DNA of 64,000 nucleotides from positions 183,507-247,506 of the forward strand of contig CAWGTP010000006.1 in assembly GCA_963825535.1 (NCBI GenBank), given 5' to 3'. Position 1 is the first letter of the stretch; every line of letters begins with the position of its first letter. The translations under genes were made by a program, and so were the position numbers. The notes beneath the pieces were generated by a model. That model was not told the DNA's origin and did no database searches. It saw nothing but the letters and a program-made list of their open reading frames with translations. Positions 35,181 to 43,984 of this stretch are shown piece after piece. This DNA is from an uncultured Solirubrobacterales bacterium (GTDB lineage Bacteria; Actinomycetota; Thermoleophilia; Solirubrobacterales; Thermoleophilaceae).

Positions 35181-37870
35181 GCGGTCCAGCCGGGGGCGCC
35201 GCAGGCTTTCTGGCGGCGTTCGGGATGGCCGCGCTCGGAGTCGGAGCAGCGCGAGCCATCACCACCTCGTATGTACCGGTACTGCTCGAGCGGATCCAGG
35301 ACAACCCGGCGCTGATCGGCGTGGTGATGCTCGTGAACGCCGGCGCGGGGTTCGCCGTGCCGCTCGCGGTCGGTGTGTGGACGGACCGCCACGGCGGCGG
35401 GCGCATGGGCCCGAGGCTGCCGTTCCTGGTCGCGGGCGCCGTTCTGACGAGCGTGGGCCTCACCGCGGTCGCGCTCGGGACCGAGAGCTCCTATCTCTTC
35501 CTCGCCCTGGCGGCGGCGATCGTCTACGTGGGGCTCAACGCCGCCGCCACCGCCCACCGCGCAATCGTGGCGGAGTCGTTCGAGGACGGACGCCGGCCGG
35601 GCGCGACCAGCGCCCAGGAGACGGCGATGCTCGTCGGGGCGCTTGCCGGTGTCGTCGTGGGTGGGTTCCTGATCGACTCAACCCCCTGGCTGGTATTCGC
35701 CGCTACGGCGCTTGCGCTTCCGGCGCTGGCGATAGTGACTGTGCGGGCGACGCTGGGACGGCTCGGGCCCGGGCCGGGCGGACGCCGGACACCTGCCGCG
35801 CCCAACCGTGGCGGGGGACGCGACCTGCTCGGGGCGTTGCAGGTGCGCGGCGCACGCGAGGTCCTGCTGGCGCAGATCATCTGGGTCGGGGCCTACGCGG
35901 CCCTGCCGGCCTTCTTCATCCTGTACGCCGACGACGTGCTCGAACTGGGGGCCGGGCCTGCATCACTGATGCTCGCCGGCTTCGGCCTCTTCACCGGCGG
36001 CGCCATGGTCATCGCGGGCCGCACCGCGCCGGAGCGCGTCTACCCGCTGCTGTGTCTGGGCGCGCTGGCGCTCGGCGCCGGCCTCGCGGTCTCAGCGCTC
36101 GGCGGCAGCGTCGCGGCCGTGAGCATCCCGTTCGCTGTCGCAGCCGTGGGCGCGGGCCTGGTCACGGCGCTCGGATTTCCCTACTTCGCCCGCTTCATCC
36201 CCGACGGGGAGTCGGGCCGCTACACCGGGCTGTTCTTCTCGGTGCGGGCGATTGCCACGGCGGTCGCGCTGCCGCTTGCCGGGCTCGCGATCGAGCTTTC
36301 GGGCAGCTACCGGTCGCTGCTGCTGCTCGGTGGCACGGCGCTGCTGGCGCTGATCCCGCTCGGCATTGCCGAGCGCGGCCGCGCCGCCGCGCCCGATCGC
36401 CGCCGGTCGCCACCCGCCCGTCTTGCCGCGGTAATCCCCTGCCATGAGTCCGCATGCCTCGAGCGCGTTGTGGTGCTGACGCTCGCGCAGGTCGACCGCG
36501 CCGTGGTGGTGGCCGACGGCTGTTCGCCGCTGCTCGGCGACGAGCTGCAGCGGATCGCGCGGCTGCCACGGGCGCAAGTGGTGCGGCTGGAGCGCAACGC
36601 CGGAAAGGGCACCGCCGTGGCCGCCGGGATCGACGCTGCGCTGAACTCGGATCACCGACCCGACGCGGTCGTGGTGGTCGACGCCGACGGCCAGCATCCG
36701 CCCGAGCGGATTCGCGAGCTCGCCGCCGCGGCCGCCGGCGCCGATCTTGTCATCGGCGATCGGCTCGGCGAAGTGGCCGCGATGCCGCGCGTGCGCCGCT
36801 TCACCAACCGTGTCTCGAGCACGCTGCTCAGCGTGGTCACCAGACGGCGGGTGCGTGACTCGCAGTGCGGCATGCGCCTGTACCGCAGCGAGCTGCTGGA
36901 GCGGGTCCCACCCCCGCCCGGGCGCTACGAGGCCGAGACGCTGCACCTGCGCGCGATGCTCCGTGAGGGCGCGCGCGTGGCGTGGGTGCCGATAGCGTCG
37001 ATCTACGGCGACGCCCAGAGCTCCTTCCGCCCGCTGCGGGACACGCTGCGTGTGCTCGCGGCGATCGTGCTGCCCGCCGCGCTCGTGCGCCGGGCGGCGT
37101 CCGCGTGGCGGAGGCGGCGCGGCGAGCGGGACCGCGGCGTGGCCTGGCCGGAACGGGACTTCTGGCGCATCTGGGGCGTGCGGCTGGCCGCGATCGTGAT
37201 CGGCACCTGGGCACTTGCCGCGTTCATCCCGCTGATCGAGGCAGCCGACCACAAGCTGTTCGTGGCGATCAACTCGGTCGGGGCCGGGCCCGACTGGGTC
37301 TACCAGACGCTCGATCCGCACAGCCGCAACTACATCCTGCTCTGCCTGGCCGCGGTGCTCGTGGCGCGGCTGAGGTGCCCGCCTCGGGTGCTCGGCGTGG
37401 CGGCCGCCGTCGTGCTCGCCGCTTTCGTCTCCGATGTACTGGTCCAGGCTGTCTACCTGGTACATGACCGCGCCCGGCCGGAGGAGGTGCTGGGCGGCCA
37501 GGCGCTGCTCACCAACGGGCGGCACTGGTCGCACATCGCCTCCTTCCCCAGCGGGCACCTGACCGTGACCACCGCGATCGCCGTCGCGGCGATGTCCACC
37601 GTCCCGGCGCTGCGAGCGCCGATGTGGACCTATGTGGCGGTCATCGCCGTGACCAGGATCACGTTCGGAGCCCATTTCCCGCTCGATGTGGCCGTCGGGA
37701 TCGTGTTCGGCTACGAGGCCGGGCGCTTCTCGGCTGCCTTCATCCAGGCGACCGGGCTGCTGCGCGGCCCGCTGGCGGACGCCTCGCCGCTGACGCGGCC
37801 ACGCACGCCCGGCTTGAGACCGCGGCCGGCCGGCGGCCCGGCGTGGACCCGCTCGAATCGATCGGGCTAG
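35168..37870 (+). CDS. tri-domain membrane protein: MFS-like transporter + family-2 glycosyltransferase + PAP2 phosphatase
   Basis: Single 900-aa ORF. Residues ~1-400 are multi-TM with the loop WTDRHGGGRMGPRLPF. Residues ~405-640 have VIPCHES, ADGCSP, NAGKGTAVAAG, VVDADGQHPP and DSQCGMRLY (GT2). Residues ~690-880 are TM helices with HDRARPEE, FPSGH and TRITFGAHFPLDV (PAP2 C1-C3). Confidence 0.85.
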   Translation: MARVSGPAGGAAGFLAAFGMAALGVGAARAITTSYVPVLLERIQDNPALIGVVMLVNAGAGFAVPLAVGVWTDRHGGGRMGPRLPFLVAGAVLTSVGLTAVALGTESSYLFLALAAAIVYVGLNAAATAHRAIVAESFEDGRRPGATSAQETAMLVGALAGVVVGGFLIDSTPWLVFAATALALPALAIVTVRATLGRLGPGPGGRRTPAAPNRGGGRDLLGALQVRGAREVLLAQIIWVGAYAALPAFFILYADDVLELGAGPASLMLAGFGLFTGGAMVIAGRTAPERVYPLLCLGALALGAGLAVSALGGSVAAVSIPFAVAAVGAGLVTALGFPYFARFIPDGESGRYTGLFFSVRAIATAVALPLAGLAIELSGSYRSLLLLGGTALLALIPLGIAERGRAAAPDRRRSPPARLAAVIPCHESACLERVVVLTLAQVDRAVVVADGCSPLLGDELQRIARLPRAQVVRLERNAGKGTAVAAGIDAALNSDHRPDAVVVVDADGQHPPERIRELAAAAAGADLVIGDRLGEVAAMPRVRRFTNRVSSTLLSVVTRRRVRDSQCGMRLYRSELLERVPPPPGRYEAETLHLRAMLREGARVAWVPIASIYGDAQSSFRPLRDTLRVLAAIVLPAALVRRAASAWRRRRGERDRGVAWPERDFWRIWGVRLAAIVIGTWALAAFIPLIEAADHKLFVAINSVGAGPDWVYQTLDPHSRNYILLCLAAVLVARLRCPPRVLGVAAAVVLAAFVSDVLVQAVYLVHDRARPEEVLGGQALLTNGRHWSHIASFPSGHLTVTTAIAVAAMSTVPALRAPMWTYVAVIAVTRITFGAHFPLDVAVGIVFGYEAGRFSAAFIQATGLLRGPLADASPLTRPRTPGLRPRPAGGPAWTRSNRSG

Positions 37871-38547
37871 ACGGCCGGCTCGGGCGCGCGGCCGCGCTGG
37901 GGCCGCTGGATGCCGAGCACCCTGACGAGCCCCCACGAGCCCAGCACGAGCAGGCCGCCGGTCAACCAGCCGGCGAGAACGTCGGTCGGGTAGTGCACGC
38001 CGAGGAAGACGCGTGACATGCCGACCGCGAGGACGATCACGCCACCAACGAGCCCGACCGCCACACGGACCCGGTCGCGGCTCGCGGCCCGGATCAGCAG
38101 GAAGGCGAGGGTCGCGTAGACCGCCATGCTCGTGGCCGAGTGACCGCTTGGAAAGCTGAATCCGCCGGCGTGTACGAGCTGGTCATCGGCACCGGGTCGC
38201 GGCCGCTCCACGACCTGCTTGATCACCTGGACTGTCAGCTGTGCGGCCACCACCGACAAGACGACCATCAGCACGCCGTGCCAGTGCCGCAGTAGGGCGA
38301 GCACCGCGGTCGCCGCGGCGGCGACCAGCAGCGCGATCTGGGTGCTGCCGACGGCCGAGACGAACAGCGCGGCGCCGGTTCCGGCCGTCAGGGCGGGCCG
38401 GTCTCGCAGTCCCTCGACGGCGAGGCTGTCCAGCCGCGGCAGGGTGACGGTGTGCGTCACGGCCATGCCGAGCACGGCGACCACCCCGGCCATCAACGCC
38501 AGCCACGGCAGGAACGACTTGTGGATGTAGCGATTCAGTGGAGGCAT
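37867..38547 (-). CDS. PAP2-family membrane phosphatase
   Basis: 226 aa with KQVVERPRP, FPSGHSATS and SRVFLGVHYPTDV. Convergent with the fusion gene; the two stop codons share the tetranucleotide CTAG. Confidence 0.88.
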   Translation of the reverse strand: MPPLNRYIHKSFLPWLALMAGVVAVLGMAVTHTVTLPRLDSLAVEGLRDRPALTAGTGAALFVSAVGSTQIALLVAAAATAVLALLRHWHGVLMVVLSVVAAQLTVQVIKQVVERPRPGADDQLVHAGGFSFPSGHSATSMAVYATLAFLLIRAASRDRVRVAVGLVGGVIVLAVGMSRVFLGVHYPTDVLAGWLTGGLLVLGSWGLVRVLGIQRPQRGRAPEPAV

Positions 38548-38663
38548 GGATGGGCGTGGCGCAGCCCTGCCAGCGAGTTCGGCGCCTGCGAAGCCTCACC
38601 TCTCTCGATACCCATGACGGCCACCGATCAACCACCGGTGCCGTCAACCACGGCAGAGTGCTA

Positions 38664-38734
38664 CTGGGGGACAGGGATTCGAACCCCGATTACCTGGACC
38701 AGAACCAGGCGTCTTGCCGTTAGACGATCCCCCA
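38664..38734 (-). tRNA. tRNA-Gln (anticodon CTG)
   Basis: Manual cloverleaf on the minus strand: acceptor TGGGGGA/TCCCCCA, D arm GTCT/AGAC, anticodon arm CCTGG-TTCTGGT-CCAGG, T arm CGGGG-TTCGAAT-CCCTG, discriminator G. Confidence 0.88.
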
Positions 38735-38799
38735 ATCGAGACCGGGACGATAGCGATTTCCGACCGAGCCCGATGGGAACGTATGTTCGTGACGGTGAC

Positions 38800-39474
38800 C
38801 TAGCCCGCGGCCGTGGCCCGGCCCGCGAATCGCTCGGTCACCGACTCCTCGATGCCGATGTCCAGCACCAGCAGGACCTCGTCGCCGGCCTGTACGACCG
38901 ACTCGCCGGTGGGCACGAAGCCGCCGCCGTCACGCAGGATCGAGATCACGAGGGCGCCCTGGGGCAGACCGAGGGACTGCACCGCGACGCCGTCGGCGGC
39001 GGACCCCTCGGCCACCTCCATCTCGATGATCTCCAGCCGCTCCTCCTTGAGGTCCAGCAGGTGCACGAGGCCGTACTTGGGAACCTCGTGTTCGATCAGG
39101 CGCATGATCAGGTCGGTGGCGGACACGGCGGGCTTGACGCCCAGTAGCTCGAAGTGCTGGAGGTTGCGCGGGTTGTTGCAGCGGGCGACCACGCGCTCGA
39201 CGCCGTACTTCTCCTTGGCCACCTGGCAGATCAGGATGTTGTCCTCGTCGTCGCCGGTTACGGCGATCACGAGGTCGGCGCGCTCGATGCCGGCGCGCTC
39301 CAGGATCCAGAGCTCGGTGCCGTCGCCGTACTGGATGTTGTGCTCGAGCTCCTCTTCGACCACCTCGTAGCGGCGGCGGCTGGCCTCGACGACCGTGACC
39401 TCGTTCTGCTTGTCGATCAGCTCGCGGGCCAGATTCCAGCCAACCTTGCCGGCGCCGACGATCAGGACGTACAT
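38800..39474 (-). CDS. trkA: TrkA/RCK protein with TrkA_N and TrkA_C domains
   Basis: 224 aa. MYVLIVGAGKVG (GxGxxG Rossmann), a C-terminal RCK_C-like segment (…GALVISILRDGGGFVPTGESVVQAGDEVLLV). The start shares one base with the upstream stop (TGATG). Confidence 0.88.
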   Translation of the reverse strand: MYVLIVGAGKVGWNLARELIDKQNEVTVVEASRRRYEVVEEELEHNIQYGDGTELWILERAGIERADLVIAVTGDDEDNILICQVAKEKYGVERVVARCNNPRNLQHFELLGVKPAVSATDLIMRLIEHEVPKYGLVHLLDLKEERLEIIEMEVAEGSAADGVAVQSLGLPQGALVISILRDGGGFVPTGESVVQAGDEVLLVLDIGIEESVTERFAGRATAAG

Positions 39475-39929
39475 CAGGCTCTCACCCCGCGGCGCTCGGG
39501 CTGGCCGCCGACGGCGCGCTCCAGCATCTCGATCGCGGTCTGGGTCGGGCAGATCGTCTGGAGGCCCTGCTCGGCGTACCACCTGGCGCGCCCGGGGTCG
39601 AGCACGCGCACCACGACCTTGGCGATCGAGAACCGGCGCTGGGCGATCTGGGCGATCACCAGGTTGGTGTTGTCGCCATCGGTGGAGGCCACGAACGCAT
39701 CGGCGTTCTCGATCCCCGCCGCGAGCAGCGCGTCGATCTCCAGCGCAGTGCCGACCGTGAACGAGCCACCGAGGTCCTCCCAGCTCTGCTCCTGGCCGCG
39801 GTTGAGCAGCGCGATCGCCTCGGGGTTCTCATCGAGCACCGACACCTCGTTGCCCGCGGACAGCATGGATTTGGCGACGGACGAGCCAACTCGGCCGCAG
39901 CCCACGATCAGGACGAACACTGCGCGCAC
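39474..39929 (-). CDS. TrkA_N-only RCK protein
   Basis: About 150 aa with FVLIVGCGRVG and no RCK_C domain. The start is uncertain: GTG 39929 or GTG 39920. Confidence 0.8.
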   Translation of the reverse strand: MRAVFVLIVGCGRVGSSVAKSMLSAGNEVSVLDENPEAIALLNRGQEQSWEDLGGSFTVGTALEIDALLAAGIENADAFVASTDGDNTNLVIAQIAQRRFSIAKVVVRVLDPGRARWYAEQGLQTICPTQTAIEMLERAVGGQPERRGVRA

Positions 39930-39948
39930 AATAGCGGCGCGGAGCCGG

Positions 39949-41895
39949 TCAGGACGCGGTCTGGGCGGGCGATGGCTCCGCCGCCGGCGCATCGGCGGGC
40001 GGCGCGGTCAAGATGACCTTGCACGGGGCCTTCTCGACCACGTAGCGCGTGGTATCGCCCGCGAACCGGTCCTCCGCGCTGGCCTTGCCGCCGAAGCGGG
40101 CGCCGCCGCGGGTACGGCTGGGAGGCTCGGCGGCCAGCACGATCGCCTCCACCCCGCGTCGCTTGGCCTCGGACACGATCGCCGCGCCGGCGGAGCGCCC
40201 GCGCACGGTGGCGGTGGCCACCTCGACACCCTCATACTCCTCGCCGACCTCTTTCGCCCGCGCCAGCGCCTCACGGCCGGCGGTGACCTTGTCCGGCGCC
40301 ACGCGGGCGTCGATCGGCAGCGACATCGGGATCTCGAACACGTACAGGGCCTCGAGCATCGCGCCGCCCTCCCCCTCGTCGGCCTCGTCTGCCGCCAGCC
40401 GCCCGGCCGTGCCCACGATGTCGTCGTCAAGCGCACCGCCGAAGACCGGGACCAGGATGCTGCCGTACGCGGCCTCGTGCCGGGCCTCCTTTAGCGCCGC
40501 CTCGGGGATCGTGAAGCGCTTGGTCAGCGGCTTGCCCTGGCTGCGGCGGTAGACCACGTACAGCCCCAGGCCGGCCAGCATCCAGATGCCACCGGCGATC
40601 CGGGCACCCTCGTGCAGCACCACGACCGTCACCCAGCCCGCGCTGCCCATCAGCGCGCCGAGCGCGGCCGGAAGCGGGATCGACCCGCCGCCGACCGGCA
40701 CGCTAAGCGGGATACGAAACGGACGCGCCCGGTCGGGCTCGCGGAAGCGCAGCACGATCACCGACAGATGCGCAATCGTGAACGCCAGCATCGCGCCGAA
40801 CGCGAAGATCCCGGCCAGGAAGTCGATGTCGTTCGAGAGCGCCAGGCCGAAGCCGATCACCGCCGCGAGCGCGATCGTCACGTAAGGCGTCGAGCGGCGG
40901 GCGTCGAGACGCGACAGCAGGCTGGGGATCTGGCGGTTGGTGCCCAGCGAGTACGCCAGCCTGCCGATGCCCAGCATCTGCCCGTTCACCGCCTGGACCA
41001 GGACCAGTGCGCCCACGAAGCCGACCACGTAGCGGGCCGCCTCGGCGAGCCCGGCCGGCTCGAACGCGGACACCACGCCCAGCACCGGCGCGTCGATGTA
41101 GCGCCCTCCGAGCGCGGTGCCGTCCTCGCCGGCCGGCACCGCCATCAGCGCGATCACCGACACCGCCACGTACAGGACCAGCACCGATGCGGCACCGACC
41201 AGGGCCACCCGGCGCAGGTCGGAGCGACGGACCTTTACATCGGCGGCAAGGCCCGAGGCGGCCTCGATGCCGGTGCACGCCACCGTGGCGATCACCATCG
41301 CGAACACCAGATCGTCCACCGCGGGCATCGAGCCGAGGTCGATCGAGTCGGTGATCAGCGCCAGATCGAACAGCTGGGCGGTGCCGACCACGAGGATCGT
41401 GGCGAACACCACCAGGCTGACGAGCGACAACCGCAGCACCACCTTGTAGCGCTGCGCCGAGACCCCCTGGAAGTTCATCCAGGCCACCCAGCCGATCGTG
41501 GCCGCCGAGATCAGGATGGCCACCGCCCCGTCGTCCGCCTCGCCCCAGAAGGCGCCGAGGTAGTGCGGCACGGCCACGGCGCCGATGGCCAGCACGATCA
41601 GGAAGTCCAGCAGGATCGCCCAGCCGGCCACGAAGCTCCACAGCTCGTTGAAGCCGTAGCGGGCCAGTGCCGCGGCGCCGCCGCGCTCGGGGTGGAGTGA
41701 GTTTCCCTCCACGTATGTGAGCATCGTCAGCACGAAGAACAGCGCGCCCACGGCGAACACGAGCGGAGTCAGGCCCTGGGCCTGGCCCGCCACCACTCCG
41801 AGGATGTAGTACAGCGACGAGCCCACGGCCGCCGCCGCGATCGCGAACAGCACCGGCTGGCCCAGTCCGCGCGCGATCCGCGTCTCGGTGTTCAC
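39949..41895 (-). CDS. APC-superfamily permease with C-terminal universal stress protein (USP) domain
   Basis: 648 aa from GTG 41895 (GTGA overlap with the upstream small ORF). 12-TM APC-type core, then a USP-like tail (ILVPVFGGALDDD…VATATVRGRSAGAAIVSEAKRRGVEAIVLAAE). Confidence 0.85.
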   Translation of the reverse strand: MNTETRIARGLGQPVLFAIAAAAVGSSLYYILGVVAGQAQGLTPLVFAVGALFFVLTMLTYVEGNSLHPERGGAAALARYGFNELWSFVAGWAILLDFLIVLAIGAVAVPHYLGAFWGEADDGAVAILISAATIGWVAWMNFQGVSAQRYKVVLRLSLVSLVVFATILVVGTAQLFDLALITDSIDLGSMPAVDDLVFAMVIATVACTGIEAASGLAADVKVRRSDLRRVALVGAASVLVLYVAVSVIALMAVPAGEDGTALGGRYIDAPVLGVVSAFEPAGLAEAARYVVGFVGALVLVQAVNGQMLGIGRLAYSLGTNRQIPSLLSRLDARRSTPYVTIALAAVIGFGLALSNDIDFLAGIFAFGAMLAFTIAHLSVIVLRFREPDRARPFRIPLSVPVGGGSIPLPAALGALMGSAGWVTVVVLHEGARIAGGIWMLAGLGLYVVYRRSQGKPLTKRFTIPEAALKEARHEAAYGSILVPVFGGALDDDIVGTAGRLAADEADEGEGGAMLEALYVFEIPMSLPIDARVAPDKVTAGREALARAKEVGEEYEGVEVATATVRGRSAGAAIVSEAKRRGVEAIVLAAEPPSRTRGGARFGGKASAEDRFAGDTTRYVVEKAPCKVILTAPPADAPAAEPSPAQTAS

Positions 41896-42089
41896 CGCGC
41901 TCTCCCCCGCGGCCACACCCCGGCCACGTAGAGGCGCCCCACCCCCGCCAGCACGAAGAGAACGCCGAGCACCACGCCGAGCGCCAGCGGGCCGCCGCCG
42001 CGGGCGAGCGTGCTGATGACCATCGCAATGCCGATCAGGCACACGGCGGCGCCGAGGACGCGGCCGGAATGCATCAGCGCGCGCTCCAT
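41892..42089 (-). CDS. 65-aa two-helix membrane protein, hypothetical
   Basis: MERALMHSGRVLGAAVCLIGIAMVISTLARGGGPLALGVVLGVLFVLAGVGRLYVAGVWPRGRAR. Its start shares a base with the upstream permease stop (TGATG) and its stop overlaps the downstream permease start (GTGA). Confidence 0.6.
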   Translation of the reverse strand: MERALMHSGRVLGAAVCLIGIAMVISTLARGGGPLALGVVLGVLFVLAGVGRLYVAGVWPRGRAR

Positions 42090-43984
42090 CAGGCGGTCGC
42101 CTTTGCCTTCTTGTCCTCGCGCATGCCTACCGACGAATCGATGATCACCCGGCAGGGCCGCTCCGCCAGCACGGTCTCGAGCGTACGCCCGAACAGCGAG
42201 CTGCCGGCCCGCTTGGCGGGCAGCGGCATGACGATCGCGCGGGCGTGGATCTCGCGTGCCTCGCTGACGATCCGCCGGCCGGCGCCGCCGGCGCGCACCT
42301 TCTCGTAGTGACCGGTGACCCGCCGGCCGCCCCTGACCCGCGCCTGGTCCACGGCCGCCTGGGCCTTGGCCTCGGCATCCGGCATCGTCGCGTCGATGGG
42401 CGCGTTCTGGGGCACGCTGATGGTCACCAGCACGTGGATCCCGCGCCGGCGCCTGGCCGCCAGGCGCACCGCCATCGCAATCGCCTCGCTGGAGTAGTTG
42501 CCGTCCTCGAAGGCCACGAGGATCGACTCGTACTCGACCTCGTGCTCCACGATCGGGTCGGGCGTGATGATCTTCTTGGTCTCGGTGGGCCTGAGGCCCA
42601 GATGGCGCCGGTACAGGAAGTAGACGGTCATGCCGAGCGCCAGCCACAAGCCGCCGAACACGAGCACCACGAAGTTGAGGAACGTGACAGCGATGAACGC
42701 GGCCAGCGTCCCGAGGCCGCCGAAGATGGCGAACAACGGCAGGTCGTGGCCTCCGACCTTGAGGTTGCCGGGGCCGCGGAACGGACGCTCGGCGTCGGGC
42801 TGCCTTATCCGCAGCGCGATCACCGAGGCGTGCGCGACGGTGAACGACAGCATCGCGCCGAACGCGTAGACCGTGCCCAGGAAGTCCGCCTGGCCGGGAA
42901 GCATCGTCAGGCAGGCGATGAACCCGAACACGCCGATCGCCACATACGGCGTGCGAAAGCGCGGGTGCAGCTGGCGCACCTTCTCGGGCAGCTGGCGGTA
43001 CTGGCCCATCGAGTAGCTCAGCCGCGACAGGCCGATCAGGCCCGCGTTCGTGGCCACCAGCAGGATCGTGGCGGCCAGCAGGCCAACGTATCCCTTCAGG
43101 AACGTCTCCGGCCCGGCGCTCAGGCCCAGGTTGGTGACCAGCCCGGTGATCGGGTCGCCGGCGAAGCCGCCCTCGGAGGCCGGCTCGCCGAGCGGCGTCG
43201 AGCCGTCCTTTACCGGCATCGCCGACAGGGCCACGGCGGGCAGCGTCAGCGAGATCGCCATGACCGCGGCCACCACCCGCTTCATCGCTGCCGGAATCGT
43301 CTCCGCCTGGTCACGCGCCTCCTCGGCCATGTTCGAGATCGTGTCGATTCCGGTGAAGGCGACCATCCCCACCGGGATCGCGATCAGGAAGTCGTTCAGC
43401 TTCGGCGAGACGCCGAAGTCGACGTTGTCGACGAGCGTCTCGGGCGAGAGCACGAGCACCGCGCCCAGCAGCACGATCGCGACCTGGGTGACCAGGTCCA
43501 TGATCGCCAGGAAGATGTTCAGGCGGGCGGCCTCCTGGACGCCGACGACGTTGACGGCGCCGAGCACCACGACAACCGTGATGCCAAGGATCACGTCCCC
43601 GGGGCTGGTCTTCAGCGGCTCCCAGAACACGCCTAGGTAGTGCGGCAGGAAGAACGCCGAGATGGCGACCGTGATGATGTAGTTGAGCATCTGGCCCCAC
43701 GCGGTGACCGCGGAGACGGTCTCGTTGAAGGCGTGGCGCGCGAACGAGGACGAGCCGCCGGCCTCGGCGTACATCGTGGTCGCCTCGGTGTAGGTGATCG
43801 CCGTGAGCACGAAGATCACGCCGGCGATCAGGAAGACCACCGGCGTCATGCCCAGCGCGAACACCGCCACCAGGCCGAGCGCGTAGTAGATCGAGCTGCC
43901 GACGTTGCCGTAGGCGGTGCTGAAGAGCGCTCCCGTGCCGAGCACGCGCTCCAGCCCTTGGTTCTTGGGGCGGTACTCGGCCAT
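42089..43984 (-). CDS. APC-superfamily permease with C-terminal USP domain (paralog of 39949-41895)
   Basis: 631 aa. APC core (GTGALFSTAYGNVGSSIYYALG…) plus a USP-like tail (ILVAFEDGNYSSEAIAMAVRLAA…VRAGGAGRRIVSEAREIHARAIVMP). Confidence 0.87.
   Translation of the reverse strand: MAEYRPKNQGLERVLGTGALFSTAYGNVGSSIYYALGLVAVFALGMTPVVFLIAGVIFVLTAITYTEATTMYAEAGGSSSFARHAFNETVSAVTAWGQMLNYIITVAISAFFLPHYLGVFWEPLKTSPGDVILGITVVVVLGAVNVVGVQEAARLNIFLAIMDLVTQVAIVLLGAVLVLSPETLVDNVDFGVSPKLNDFLIAIPVGMVAFTGIDTISNMAEEARDQAETIPAAMKRVVAAVMAISLTLPAVALSAMPVKDGSTPLGEPASEGGFAGDPITGLVTNLGLSAGPETFLKGYVGLLAATILLVATNAGLIGLSRLSYSMGQYRQLPEKVRQLHPRFRTPYVAIGVFGFIACLTMLPGQADFLGTVYAFGAMLSFTVAHASVIALRIRQPDAERPFRGPGNLKVGGHDLPLFAIFGGLGTLAAFIAVTFLNFVVLVFGGLWLALGMTVYFLYRRHLGLRPTETKKIITPDPIVEHEVEYESILVAFEDGNYSSEAIAMAVRLAARRRRGIHVLVTISVPQNAPIDATMPDAEAKAQAAVDQARVRGGRRVTGHYEKVRAGGAGRRIVSEAREIHARAIVMPLPAKRAGSSLFGRTLETVLAERPCRVIIDSSVGMREDKKAKATA

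Noticed and set aside
37867-37870. The convergent fusion gene and PAP2 gene share the palindromic tetranucleotide CTAG as both stop codons
   Set aside because: A neat coincidence of TAG stops on both strands. No mechanism is implied beyond tight packing.
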